This document shows, one piece after another, positions 46,210-56,711 of a stretch of DNA of 64,000 nucleotides (positions are counted from its first letter, which is position 1; each line of letters starts with the position of its first letter). A program made the translations under genes and the position numbers. The stretch covers positions 7,456-71,455 of the forward strand of contig JBBQWB010000004.1 of the NCBI GenBank assembly GCA_038210985.1. The letters run 5' to 3'. Source of the stretch: Bacteroidales bacterium. Its GTDB lineage: Bacteria > Bacteroidota > Bacteroidia > Bacteroidales > WCHB1-69. The notes under the pieces are model-generated. The model saw only the letters and a program-made list of their open reading frames with translations. It was not told where the DNA came from and made no database searches.

Positions 46210-47256
46210 CTAAGATTCTTCCTCGTAAAACAACTTATAAAACTTTCGTCCGTCATCTTCCACACCACGCTCAATCATGTCTTTATTTCCGTGAATGTAA
46301 ACATGAAAATTTCCGTCTAATTTTAATATGCTTTTAAAAAACCGAGCTTGCTTTTTAACAGCTTGTGGCGAAATTTCAAAACATTCGCTCAGTGCAACAT
46401 CGTTTTGCATTGAATAGTCCTGATCGAAATTTCGAAACGATTTTATAATATTTTCTTCCACTAACACTTCTTTTTCAAAGTCCGATTTATCAAACTGCTC
46501 GTTGGTTTTAAAATATTCAACCGAACGATTTAGCAAGTCAATTTGTTCGGTACGATTAATATCAAATTCATCCTTTAGTTTTTCTACCACAAACGATTTT
46601 GTAAAAGTCAAAAAATCTTTGGTTTGATGATACTCATCTTTACTGTTAGTTATGTTTAAAAACGACTCTCTCCAATATTGAGTTTCGTTGGATTTTGAGG
46701 GATTATCGACTATAAAAACCTTAAATCCATTATCCCTGTCGGTATTTAAAATTAAACAACCTTTATCGAGTTTATTAATATTAAATCCGATTTCGCTATC
46801 GACATGAAATTGATTTTTAGATTCCTCAATTGTAATAAACGACTGTTTGTTTTCGGCTTTAAAAATACCCAAACCTTCGGTTGTTACATCATCTACCTTA
46901 ATATTTGAAAAATAAGCAACAAAAAGATTTCCAGTTTTTATTTGAGGATGAATAGAAGTTTCGTAAAGTAGCTTTGCAATATCCACACTGTTTCGGAAAA
47001 TAGAATTAGGAAAGCTAAATACTCCCAAAGCAAAATTAAAGACTGGGTTTAAGGTAAAATCTTCGTTCGAAAAGGTAAACGAAAACGACTCGATGGTATT
47101 AAAAGAGGATAAAAAATACTTATGTAAATCGCTAATTAATCGAGGATTGTTTACAGAAGCGGACGATTGAGACAAAATTAATTCTTCGCCGTTTGTTTTA
47201 TTTCCGACCTGATGCACACAAAGAGCTTCAAGTTTCGTGTTTTTAAAATCAATCAT
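46210..47256 (-). CDS. Nucleoid-associated protein (NdpA/YejK-like)
   Basis: 348 aa. The N-terminal LEALCVHQVGNK motif resembles the H.VGNK start of Bacteroidota NdpA-family proteins. Assignment is from memory only. Confidence 0.5.
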   Translation of the reverse strand: MIDFKNTKLEALCVHQVGNKTNGEELILSQSSASVNNPRLISDLHKYFLSSFNTIESFSFTFSNEDFTLNPVFNFALGVFSFPNSIFRNSVDIAKLLYETSIHPQIKTGNLFVAYFSNIKVDDVTTEGLGIFKAENKQSFITIEESKNQFHVDSEIGFNINKLDKGCLILNTDRDNGFKVFIVDNPSKSNETQYWRESFLNITNSKDEYHQTKDFLTFTKSFVVEKLKDEFDINRTEQIDLLNRSVEYFKTNEQFDKSDFEKEVLVEENIIKSFRNFDQDYSMQNDVALSECFEISPQAVKKQARFFKSILKLDGNFHVYIHGNKDMIERGVEDDGRKFYKLFYEEES

Positions 47257-47268
47257 ATTTAATTTGTA

Positions 47269-49059
47269 TTAATCTTGCGATAGTTCTTCAATAATTTCGC
47301 GATAGTTTGTAAATAAATTTGCACGAGAAATAAAGCCAATATATGTTTTATTTTCGTCCACCACTGGCATATTATAACTTCCGGAGTCTTGAAATTTTTT
47401 AACTACTTCCTGCATGGTTTCGTTGGGAGTAACGTAACATTTTGGAGTGTACATGAGTTCTTGAACCATAATATTATCGTATAGTTCCGGTTTAAAAATC
47501 AAATCTCTAATATCATCTAAAAACACTAGTCCTTCAAATTTATTATTTTCGTTTATCACCGGAAACACATTGCGTTTTGAAGTAGCAATTACCGAAACAA
47601 GCTCGCGCAAAGAAGCCGATTTATTAATGGTTAAAAAGTTAGTTTCGAGTAAATCCATAACATTTAACTGTTGCAAAGCGGTTTTATCTTTATGGTGGGT
47701 TATCAGTTCGCCACGCGCTGCTAGTCTTTTAGAATAAATGGAGTGCTTTTCGAAAGGGATAACGGTTAAGTATGCAATACTTGCTGTAATCATTAAAGGA
47801 ATAAAAAGCTGATACCCCCCGCTAATTTCCGCAATTAAAAATATTGCAGTAAGCGGTGAATGCATCACACCAGCCATTACTCCAGCCATTCCAGCCAATG
47901 TAAAGTTTTCAAAAGGTAGTTTTACATCAATAGTAGTCTTTAGCAAAAGAGCAACAAAATAGCCCGACAAACCCCCCATTAAAAGGGATGGAGCAAACAC
48001 ACCACCAATTCCGCCAGCTCCATTTGTTATAGCCATTGCAACGACTTTAAAAATCAATACCAATAAAATAAATCCTAAAAACACCAGTGCGTTATCCTGA
48101 TATTCGTAAAAAAAACTATTATGCATTAGTTCTTTTGCTAATCCATTTAAAACATAATTAATGTTTTCGTACCCTTCGCCATATAAAATTGGGAAAAAGA
48201 AAATTAAAACGCCCAACAAAGTTCCGCCAATTAATATTTTGATTATCTGCCGATTAATCTTTTTAAACAACCCTTCGATATACATCGAAGTTCGAGTAAA
48301 ATACAATGAAATAAAACCACAGAATATACCTAAAATTATATAAAAAGGGATGTTTGATAATACAAACGTATTTTCAATATTAAAATTAAACATAACTGTT
48401 TTTCCTAAAAGCAAGTACGAGATGGTTGTTCCAGTTATGGAAGCAATTAATAACGGCAATAGAGATGCCATGGTTAAATCAACCATCAGAACTTCAATAG
48501 CAAAAACAATAGCTGCAATTGGCGATTTAAAAATTGCTGCAAAAGCCGCCGACGATCCGCAAGCTACAAGCAGGGTTTTTGTTCGCGTATTCATTTTAAA
48601 TAGCTGTCCAATGTTTGAACCAATTGCCGAACCTGTTAACACAAGTGGTGCTTCCAAACCCACCGAACCACCAAAACCAACGGTTAGTGTACTCGAAATT
48701 AAAGAAGAATAGGTATTGTGTGGTTTTAAATTGCTTTTATTCATTGATATTGCCCACAATATTCTACTTATTCCATGGTTGATTTTATCTTTTACAAAAG
48801 TATTAAGGTAAATAACCGTTAGGGTTATGCCTATAATTGGAAAACATAAATACAAGTAGTTAAATTCGTTAGAAGGAAATCTATCGTGCAAAAAACTGGA
48901 AGTTAAGTGTACTGTGTTTTTTAAAATAATAGCTGAAAAAGCACCAAAAATACCGATGATAAAACTAAGAAAGAGAATAAAGTTTTGTTGAGAAATATTA
49001 TATTTATCTCTTAATTTTATTATATATCTAATAAGCTGTAATACTCGACTTGAAATCAT
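47269..49059 (-). CDS. ClC family voltage-gated chloride channel/antiporter with two C-terminal CBS domains
   Basis: GSVGLEAP, GGIGGVFAPSL and multiple TM helices. CBS-like C-terminus. Confidence 0.9.
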   Translation of the reverse strand: MISSRVLQLIRYIIKLRDKYNISQQNFILFLSFIIGIFGAFSAIILKNTVHLTSSFLHDRFPSNEFNYLYLCFPIIGITLTVIYLNTFVKDKINHGISRILWAISMNKSNLKPHNTYSSLISSTLTVGFGGSVGLEAPLVLTGSAIGSNIGQLFKMNTRTKTLLVACGSSAAFAAIFKSPIAAIVFAIEVLMVDLTMASLLPLLIASITGTTISYLLLGKTVMFNFNIENTFVLSNIPFYIILGIFCGFISLYFTRTSMYIEGLFKKINRQIIKILIGGTLLGVLIFFFPILYGEGYENINYVLNGLAKELMHNSFFYEYQDNALVFLGFILLVLIFKVVAMAITNGAGGIGGVFAPSLLMGGLSGYFVALLLKTTIDVKLPFENFTLAGMAGVMAGVMHSPLTAIFLIAEISGGYQLFIPLMITASIAYLTVIPFEKHSIYSKRLAARGELITHHKDKTALQQLNVMDLLETNFLTINKSASLRELVSVIATSKRNVFPVINENNKFEGLVFLDDIRDLIFKPELYDNIMVQELMYTPKCYVTPNETMQEVVKKFQDSGSYNMPVVDENKTYIGFISRANLFTNYREIIEELSQD

Positions 49060-49225
49060 GGCTCAAAAGTACAAGATTTTTAATTAAAATTTTAAATCAT
49101 TTAAGGATATATTATTTATAGCCTGTAAATCACACACATAAGGACAATAAAAAAAACAATATTAAATAAAATAGTCGTATTTTAAAACTTGTTTTGTAAA
49201 TTCGCATAAAAAAACAATATACATT

Positions 49226-50617
49226 ATGCAATACGATTTAATAGTTTTAGGAAGCGGACCTGGCGGATATGTTGCTGCTATCAGAGCATCGCAATTAGGA
49301 ATGAACGTGGCTTGTATAGAGCGTTCGGAACCAGGTGGAATTTGTTTAAATTGGGGTTGTATACCCACAAAAGCGTTGTTAAAAAGCGCTCAAGTTTATA
49401 AATATATTAAGCATGCCGAAGAATATGGAGTTGCTGTTAATGGCGAAGCCAGTGCAAACATGACTGCCATGGTTGCTCGTAGCAGAGGTGTTGCCGAACA
49501 AATGAGCAAAGGAATACAGTTTTTACTAAAAAAACACAATGTAACTTTAATTCAAGGTTCTGGAGAAATTAAACCAGGTAAAAAAGTGGATGTTTTAGAT
49601 TTAGAAGGAAAAACAACAGAATATTCGGCAAATAACATCATCATTGCCACTGGAGCCCGCTCTCGTGAATTGCCAAATTTACCTCAAGATGGAATAAAAA
49701 TAATTGGATATCGCAAAGCCCTTACACTCGAAAAACAACCCGAATCGATGGTTGTAGTTGGCTCGGGTGCAATAGGTTCGGAGTTTGCATACTTTTATAA
49801 CACGATTGGAACAAAAGTTACGCTTATCGAATTTTTACCTAGCATTGTTCCCAACGAAGACGAAGATGTGTCAAAACAACTCGAACGATCGTTTAAAAAA
49901 CAAGGAATGAAAGTACTCACTTCTGCTTCGGTAGAATCGGTAGATACTAGTGGCGAAAAATGTAAAGTGTTGGTAAAAACAAAAAAAGGCGAAGAAGTTA
50001 TCGAAGCCGACATCGTTTTATCTGCGGTTGGAATTGTAAGTAATATCGAAAATATCGGACTAGAAAAAACTGGAATAAGCATAAATAAAGGTAAAATTGA
50101 AGCAGATAAATACTATCAAACAAACATCGAAGGCTATTATGCCATTGGCGATGTGGTTGCTGGTCCAGCATTGGCACATGTTGCTTCGCACGAAGCAATT
50201 ATTTGTGTAGAAAACATTGCAGGTCACAGCGTTAATCCTTTAGATTACAGCAATATCCCTGGATGTACTTATACATCACCCGAAATTGCATCGGTAGGAA
50301 TGACCGAAAAACAAGCAATTGATGCTGGATATGAAATTAAAGTTGGAAAATTTCCTTTTACAGCATCGGGAAAAGCTACAGCAACAGGAAACAAAGACGG
50401 TTTTGTGAAAGTTATTTTTGATGCAAAATACGGTGAATGGTTAGGTTGTCATATGATTGGTGACAATGTTACCGAAATGATTTCTGAAGCCGTTGTTGCC
50501 CGCAAACTCGAAACTACTGGAAAAGAAATCATCGAAGCCGTACATCCTCATCCAACCATGTCCGAAGCCTTAATGGAAGCGGTTGCAGTAGCTTATGGCG
50601 AATGTGTGCACTTATAA
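49226..50617 (+). CDS. lpdA: Dihydrolipoyl dehydrogenase
   Basis: GSGPGGYVAA FAD motif, redox-active GGICLNWGCIPTK, C-terminal HPHPT.SE. Confidence 0.93.
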   Translation: MQYDLIVLGSGPGGYVAAIRASQLGMNVACIERSEPGGICLNWGCIPTKALLKSAQVYKYIKHAEEYGVAVNGEASANMTAMVARSRGVAEQMSKGIQFLLKKHNVTLIQGSGEIKPGKKVDVLDLEGKTTEYSANNIIIATGARSRELPNLPQDGIKIIGYRKALTLEKQPESMVVVGSGAIGSEFAYFYNTIGTKVTLIEFLPSIVPNEDEDVSKQLERSFKKQGMKVLTSASVESVDTSGEKCKVLVKTKKGEEVIEADIVLSAVGIVSNIENIGLEKTGISINKGKIEADKYYQTNIEGYYAIGDVVAGPALAHVASHEAIICVENIAGHSVNPLDYSNIPGCTYTSPEIASVGMTEKQAIDAGYEIKVGKFPFTASGKATATGNKDGFVKVIFDAKYGEWLGCHMIGDNVTEMISEAVVARKLETTGKEIIEAVHPHPTMSEALMEAVAVAYGECVHL

Positions 50618-50703
50618 TTAAACAGATCTTTTATAAACACTGAATGTTTTTGTAAACTTTCGGTGTTTATAGGGATTGTAAAATAAATTTAATAGATACT
50701 GTT

Positions 50704-51309
50704 ATGAAATTTAAAGCAATTCTGGTTTTTATTTGTTTTTTACCTGCGACTATGGTTTTTTCTCAAGGATTTAAAGGCGGCTTTTTGCTTGGTCCAACGG
50801 TAACGCAGGTTACTGGAGATAAATTAGCGGGTTATGATAAATTAGGAGTTATGGGTGGTGTTTTTACCGAATTTCCATTTACCGACAGAACAACCGGAAG
50901 ACTTGAAATGTATTACATTCAAAAAGGCTCGCGGCACATACCTAGTGATGCAGACTATAACAAATACGTATTGTCGCTTCAGTATGTGGAAGTACCTGTG
51001 CTTTTTCAATATCGTTTTTATAAAAAATGGTCATTTCAGGCAGGTTTATCGTTTGCTTATTTAATTTCATCCAAAGAAAGGGATCAAAATGGAGTACTAA
51101 GTACTATTGGAAGAATTCCGTTTAAAAAATTCGACATTTCTGCTCTTGGTGGATTTACATATACTATTAATGACAAATGGATGGTTGGTGGAAGATATTC
51201 ATACTCGATTCTCTTTATCCGTGAAAGACCAGATTTTGAAAACATTAGTTATCATAACCGACGTCAATTTAATGATGTAGTACAAATTTCAATGTATTAT
51301 ACTTTCTAA
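50704..51309 (+). CDS. Small outer-membrane beta-barrel (porin/PorT-like family) protein
   Basis: Signal peptide ...VFSQG, alternating strand pattern, terminal ...MYYTF aromatic residue. Confidence 0.65.
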   Translation: MKFKAILVFICFLPATMVFSQGFKGGFLLGPTVTQVTGDKLAGYDKLGVMGGVFTEFPFTDRTTGRLEMYYIQKGSRHIPSDADYNKYVLSLQYVEVPVLFQYRFYKKWSFQAGLSFAYLISSKERDQNGVLSTIGRIPFKKFDISALGGFTYTINDKWMVGGRYSYSILFIRERPDFENISYHNRRQFNDVVQISMYYTF

Positions 51310-51551
51310 TTTTAATTTACCCTATTGAAAAATATAAGGATTTCAAATACGATTTTCCTCTGCGATTATAAAACACATAGGTACATAAGAAACACAGGCA
51401 CAATAGGTTAGATGCTTAAGCTACACAACGTTTCTCCGACCACTGGCGGGTGCATGACAAGCGGAAATAAAAAACGTTGTTTCGCTGCTGCGAAATGTGT
51501 AATAATTTTTAAAAAGAAAAAATTCATTTCTCACACAATCTAAAATTATAT

Positions 51552-51559
51552 TAAATTTG
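51552..51559 (+). promoter_or_regulatory. Candidate -7 box TAAATTTG for ubiX
   Basis: Matches TAnnTTTG, 24 nt upstream of ATG 51583. Confidence 0.4.
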
Positions 51560-51582
51560 AAAATCCAAATAAAATAAAACCC

Positions 51583-52140
51583 ATGAAAGTAATTATTGGA
51601 ATTACCGGAGCTAGCGGATCCATTTATGCCGAACGTTTAATCAAAAAAATAAAATCTATTCCCGAAACAGATATAGCCGTCGTAATGACCAAAGATGCAA
51701 AATCAGTTTGGGAATATGAGCTGGAAAGCGATTCATATAATAAACTTAATGTAAAACAATTTGATAACGACGATTTTTTTTCTCCAATTGCATCTGGTTC
51801 GGCTAATTACGATGTAATGATTGTTTGTCCATGCTCGATGGGAACACTTGCAAAAATATCTAATGGCATTGCCGATAATTTATTGGTTCGGGCAGCCGAT
51901 GTAATTTTAAAAGAGCGCAAAAAACTTGTTTTAGTGGTTCGCGAAACACCATATAATTTGATTCATATCGAGAATATGAAAAAAGCAACTTTAGCTGGAG
52001 CAATAATTTTACCAGCATCTCCTTCTTTTTATTCTAAACCAAAAAATATGGATAATTTAGTGGATACAGTTGTGGATAGAGTGTTGAAAATAGCAAACTT
52101 TAACATTTTGGCTTTTGAATGGGGCAAAAAAACTGAATAA
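51583..52140 (+). CDS. ubiX: UbiX family flavin prenyltransferase
   Basis: MKVIIGITGASGSIYA..., CPCSMGTLAKI, RETP; 185 aa. Confidence 0.9.
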   Translation: MKVIIGITGASGSIYAERLIKKIKSIPETDIAVVMTKDAKSVWEYELESDSYNKLNVKQFDNDDFFSPIASGSANYDVMIVCPCSMGTLAKISNGIADNLLVRAADVILKERKKLVLVVRETPYNLIHIENMKKATLAGAIILPASPSFYSKPKNMDNLVDTVVDRVLKIANFNILAFEWGKKTE

Positions 52141-52289
52141 CAGCGATTTATGTATTCAAGATTGGGCGAGTTTTTGCATTTTTTTTGAAAATTATTTCAT
52201 AAATTAATGATAATTAAGTGTCTATCTATTGCCTTTTTGGAAAAAAATGATTTTCTTTGCATAGGAGCAAATCAAAACAAGGAATAACA

Positions 52290-53906
52290 ATGAAACATTT
52301 TTATCTCTTTTCGGTGTTTTTAGTAGCATTCAATTTTACTCTTTTTTCTCAAGTTTCAACTATCCCCGACTCTTCAACAAACTCAAATTTAAAAACATCC
52401 TCAGAAATTTTACCAATAGATTCTATCGACTATTATCTATTGGTAGCTGACGAATTGGATAGTTTATTAAACTTTTGGTTTAAATCAAATTCTTCGAAAA
52501 TAATAAACTTTCATCCAGCGAAACCAGTAACAGCGTATGCCGACTCATTGATGGATTCGATTTACACTTACCGATTATCGAAAATTCCTTCGCTTATTCC
52601 AATGACCTATAACAGTGTTGTTAAGCAGTACATAGAAATGTATGCAGTAAAAAAGAAGAATTTTTCGGGCAGAATTTTGGGTTTAACAAAAATCTATTAT
52701 CCTTTATTTGAAGAAGTTTTAGATCGTTACAACATGCCTTTAGAATTAAAAAACTTGGCTATTGTTGAATCAGCACTTAATCCTAGTGCTACTTCACGTG
52801 TTGGAGCATCGGGTTTATGGCAATTTATGTATTCTACTGGCAGAATGTATGGCTTAGAAGTGAATACTTTTATCGACGACCGCCGCGACCCAGTAAAATC
52901 TACAGTGGCGGCAGCTCTTCATCTTCGCGACTTATACAATATTTATCAAGATTGGTCATTGGCATTAGCCGCCTACAATTGCGGGCCAGGAAACGTAAAT
53001 AAAGCAATTCGCCGTTCGGGAGGAAAAACAAATTTTTGGGAAATTTATGCTTTTTTACCAAAAGAAACCAGAGGTTATATTCCAGCTTTTATTGCTGCAA
53101 CATACACCATGACATATTATAACGAACACGGAATTATTCCTATTGAACCTGAATTTCCAACTATAACCGACACTGTTATGGTGAACAAAGAACTTCATTT
53201 ACAACAAGTTTCAGCTGTTTTAAAAATTCCTATTGAGTTATTAGAAAAACTTAATCCTCAATACAAAAGAAACATTATTCCAGCCATTAATTCATCGCTT
53301 CCTCTGGTTCTACCATATCATTTTTCGCTTGCTTTTGAAGAATTTCGCGATAGCATTCATGCCTATAACTACGACACATACCTAGCTTCTTTTAAAATCA
53401 TAAACTACGATCCTAACGCAATCGAGAACAATACAAAGTCGGGAGATAAAAAGTATCATATTGTAAAACAAGGCGAATCGCTTGCTTCTCTTTCAAAAAA
53501 ATACGGTTTATCGGCAAGTGAGATTAAGTATATGAATAAACTAAAAAGTGGGACTATTCACAAAGGTCAAAAACTTATTGTAGGCTATTATCCTATAAAA
53601 ACAACTAAAGATAATGTTCCTCAAAACTCATTAAAAGTCGATTCACAGCTTGTTAAAATTAACAATCCCATTGTTTTAGATTCTGCTTTGGCAAATAAAA
53701 TAAAAACAAACGTATCCAACGAATCACCAAAGCAAATTCATAAAAAGCCAACCACATATAAAGTGAATTATGGCGATACCCTTTATAGCATTGCACGTAA
53801 ATATCCAGGAATAACTCACCAAGATATTGTGGATTATAACAAACTAGGAGATAATCCTCAAATTAAAGCGGGACAAGTGTTAAAAATTCCACCTGTTGCA
53901 AACTGA
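52290..53906 (+). CDS. MltD-like lytic transglycosylase with two C-terminal LysM domains
   Basis: SLT core AIVESALNPSATSRVGASGLWQFM. LysM-like YHIVKQGESLASLSKKYG and YKVNYGDTLYSIARKY. Start moved to ATG 52290 (MKHFYLFSVFLVAF signal peptide). Confidence 0.88.
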   Translation: MKHFYLFSVFLVAFNFTLFSQVSTIPDSSTNSNLKTSSEILPIDSIDYYLLVADELDSLLNFWFKSNSSKIINFHPAKPVTAYADSLMDSIYTYRLSKIPSLIPMTYNSVVKQYIEMYAVKKKNFSGRILGLTKIYYPLFEEVLDRYNMPLELKNLAIVESALNPSATSRVGASGLWQFMYSTGRMYGLEVNTFIDDRRDPVKSTVAAALHLRDLYNIYQDWSLALAAYNCGPGNVNKAIRRSGGKTNFWEIYAFLPKETRGYIPAFIAATYTMTYYNEHGIIPIEPEFPTITDTVMVNKELHLQQVSAVLKIPIELLEKLNPQYKRNIIPAINSSLPLVLPYHFSLAFEEFRDSIHAYNYDTYLASFKIINYDPNAIENNTKSGDKKYHIVKQGESLASLSKKYGLSASEIKYMNKLKSGTIHKGQKLIVGYYPIKTTKDNVPQNSLKVDSQLVKINNPIVLDSALANKIKTNVSNESPKQIHKKPTTYKVNYGDTLYSIARKYPGITHQDIVDYNKLGDNPQIKAGQVLKIPPVAN

Positions 53907-53908
53907 TT

Positions 53909-54493
53909 TTATTTCAAATAAAACATCATATCGTCAATATGTTTTGCCACCACTTCAGGAAGCAAATATTGGATGCTTTTTTTATCTTTTATTAATTTTC
54001 TAATTTGCGATGCCGAAATATCCATCAGTGGAGCGTCTAAAAAATGCATCTTTGGATTTGAAATCCATTCCGAAACATCTGTATTGGGGCGAGGATAAAC
54101 ATAAATACTGTAATTTTCAAGTATCACTTCATAGTTTTTCCACTTTCTAATGCTTTGCAAATTATCACTTCCCATAATTAAACAAAACTCATATTCGGTA
54201 TATTCTTCGGAAAGATAAGCCATTGTTTTTACAGTAAAAGAAGGAACTGGAAGTTTAAATTCCACATCCGAAGATTTAAAATTTGGATTGCTTTCAGTGG
54301 CAAGTTTTACCATATACAATCGGTGGTGTTCATCAAGTAGCGATTCTTTCTTTTTTAGCGGATTACAAGGGCTCACAACAAACCAAATTCTATCCAAATT
54401 GGTGAAATTAATTATATGATTGGCAATAATTAAATGTCCAATATGAATTGGATTAAAGGAGCCAAAATAAAGTCCTATTTTACGCTTTTTCAT
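53909..54493 (-). CDS. nadD: Nicotinate-nucleotide adenylyltransferase
   Basis: GLYFGSFNPIHIGHL (HxGH) and SASQIR motifs. Confidence 0.9.
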   Translation of the reverse strand: MKKRKIGLYFGSFNPIHIGHLIIANHIINFTNLDRIWFVVSPCNPLKKKESLLDEHHRLYMVKLATESNPNFKSSDVEFKLPVPSFTVKTMAYLSEEYTEYEFCLIMGSDNLQSIRKWKNYEVILENYSIYVYPRPNTDVSEWISNPKMHFLDAPLMDISASQIRKLIKDKKSIQYLLPEVVAKHIDDMMFYLK

Positions 54494-55055
54494 CGTTCAG
54501 AAATTCTAAAATATAATTGCTCACCTCTTCAATTGCATTTTCCAAATCGTCATTAACCACAACTTTATCAAACTTCAACATAAAATCCATCTCATGATTT
54601 GCTTTATCCACTCGTTTACGGATAGACTCCTCGGTTTCGGTTCCACGTCCCCGCAATCTTTTTTCAAGTTCATCAATTCCAGGTGGTTTAATAAATACCG
54701 AAAGACTTTGTTCGTTAAATTTATTTTTTAAATTCACGCCTCCCTGAACATCCACATCAAATAGAACATGCTTTTCGTTTTGCCAAATTCGATTAATTTC
54801 GGACTTTAAAGTGCCATAAAAATTACCAGCATATACCTCTTCCCATTCTATAAATTCGTTGTTTTCAATCTTTTGTTTAAAATCTTGCACACTTAAAAAG
54901 TAGTAATCTTTTCCATTTATTTCATTTTCACGTTTGGAGCGACTACATGCCGAAATAGAAAATTCAAGAGGTAAACCTCTCTCTAACATACGCTTTACGA
55001 TAGTTGTTTTGCCTGCTCCCGAAGGTGCCGATACAATTATTAGCTTACCATCCAT
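54480..55055 (-). CDS. gmk: Guanylate kinase
   Basis: SAPSGAGKTT P-loop; 191 aa; overlaps nadD by 14 nt. Confidence 0.92.
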   Translation of the reverse strand: MDGKLIIVSAPSGAGKTTIVKRMLERGLPLEFSISACSRSKRENEINGKDYYFLSVQDFKQKIENNEFIEWEEVYAGNFYGTLKSEINRIWQNEKHVLFDVDVQGGVNLKNKFNEQSLSVFIKPPGIDELEKRLRGRGTETEESIRKRVDKANHEMDFMLKFDKVVVNDDLENAIEEVSNYILEFLNDEKA

Positions 55056-55148
55056 ATATTTTATCTGATAATTTTATTTGCTAAATTAATAAAAATTGAC
55101 CCTTAAAATTATACTTTCCGAAAAACAAAAGTTGAAAACATAAAACTA

Positions 55149-56600
55149 TCACCTTTTCACCCTCTGTAAAACCTTAACTTTTTCACTTTTAAAATAATAT
55201 ACCCAATTACTATCGTTTTCTAAATTATTGGTTAGTATCAAAAAATCCTCTTTTTCCATAGGGTAGGTCTCTTCCTCGGAAGAATAAACAATAAATTCGG
55301 CATCTTTTATCATTGGAAACTGATAAATTTTATTTCGTAAAGAAAGATGCGGTAAAAATGGCGATTGTGTCGAAACTATCGCATCTGAAGGTATAGATTC
55401 CAAAACTTCGTGAATTTGTTTTACATCATACGATCTTTGATAATGTGAGCTTTGATAAATCCTTATCCTGGATTTAAAATTGTGCATAACCGTATTATCC
55501 ATCAAGCGAATACTACAAGCAAATGTGGTAAGTAGCACAATAGCAATTGTTGGTTTTATCCATTTTTTGTGTTTAAATTCGCTTATTACCGAAAAAACTC
55601 CTATTGCTAAAATGGGCAAAAACTCAATGCTATATTGACCGTAAACGCCCCACATAATATAATTATCGTGAAATAATTTTTGAAAATAAACCGGAATAAG
55701 CATTATCAAATATTGGGGTTTTCGAAAAAGCAAGGGTAAGCCAGACAGTAAAACCAAAACATGTAATTCGAGTTTTACATAATCCCCATTGTTATGATTT
55801 GTATGGTTTATAAACAGCATTTTAAATGCGTCAATTGGATGTTTAAACAAGTTTAAAAACGCATCCAACATTCCATTTCCAAGGTGCGAATAATTGAAAT
55901 GAGGATACGAGCCACTATTTGACAAAGCAGGCATTACAACCGAAGTGATAACTACAAAGTAAGCCAAACAGAAAGCCAAACAAATAGATAAAAATTTAAT
56001 TAAGCGAATGTCTTTTCGGTATTCAACAATAAGTCCGATGCAAATAAAAGCCATCCAAAGCGAAATGTTTTCTTTTGAAATTACAAGAAAAAGCAACATT
56101 AAACTAGATGCCAAAAAGCTCTGTTTTTTAATAAAATAGAAAAACCATGGCACAAGGGTTGCTGCAACAACATTGCTATGATAATCGAACGAAACAGCTG
56201 CAAAAACGCCAAAAAACAGATAGTAAAACAAAACAGCTGGAATGGCTATATTCGTTTCTGGTTTTAATAATTTAAAAAAACGATACACTCCATACGCTCC
56301 CAAAAGAATAAAAAACAGCTGAACAATCAACAAGGTGTATGAGCCAAACAAAAAAGATAAAGGCGAAAACAAGAGGAGATACAAGTCAAAATGGTCGGCT
56401 AAAAGATTTTCTGCAGTTTCTTTAAAAACCAAACTGTCGTTGAATTGAAAATTCCGATAATCGAAAAGAGCATTTGTGTATGCTCCCAAATCTAGGGCGT
56501 AGGTTCTAAAAAGGTAGTGATTGACGATTGAAATTAGTGCATAAATGACACCAAAAAAGACAGTAATTATCCAAAAAGTTTTGTCTTTTTTTATGGTCAT
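55149..56600 (-). CDS. Polytopic membrane protein, DUF2079-like
   Basis: More than 10 predicted TM helices followed by a C-terminal soluble domain. DLGAYTNALFDY...HFDLYLLLFSPL resembles DUF2079. Assignment is from memory. Confidence 0.5.
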   Translation of the reverse strand: MTIKKDKTFWIITVFFGVIYALISIVNHYLFRTYALDLGAYTNALFDYRNFQFNDSLVFKETAENLLADHFDLYLLLFSPLSFLFGSYTLLIVQLFFILLGAYGVYRFFKLLKPETNIAIPAVLFYYLFFGVFAAVSFDYHSNVVAATLVPWFFYFIKKQSFLASSLMLLFLVISKENISLWMAFICIGLIVEYRKDIRLIKFLSICLAFCLAYFVVITSVVMPALSNSGSYPHFNYSHLGNGMLDAFLNLFKHPIDAFKMLFINHTNHNNGDYVKLELHVLVLLSGLPLLFRKPQYLIMLIPVYFQKLFHDNYIMWGVYGQYSIEFLPILAIGVFSVISEFKHKKWIKPTIAIVLLTTFACSIRLMDNTVMHNFKSRIRIYQSSHYQRSYDVKQIHEVLESIPSDAIVSTQSPFLPHLSLRNKIYQFPMIKDAEFIVYSSEEETYPMEKEDFLILTNNLENDSNWVYYFKSEKVKVLQRVKR

Positions 56601-56688
56601 TTTATTTTATTAATTATGCACAAAGATATTAAGAAAGTTTTTAAAACAAACTGTTTCAAAAAAACTGTGCTTATCTCCACTTTTTAAG

Positions 56689-56696
56689 TAGTTTTG
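56689..56696 (+). promoter_or_regulatory. Candidate -7 box TAGTTTTG for yicC
   Basis: Matches TAnnTTTG. Its TTG is the track's start codon at 56694. Confidence 0.45.
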
Positions 56697-56711
56697 CAAA
56701 AAAAAATCTTT

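Noticed and set aside
48350-48712. 120-aa plus-strand ORF
   Set aside because: Antisense to the ClC channel gene, with no independent signals.
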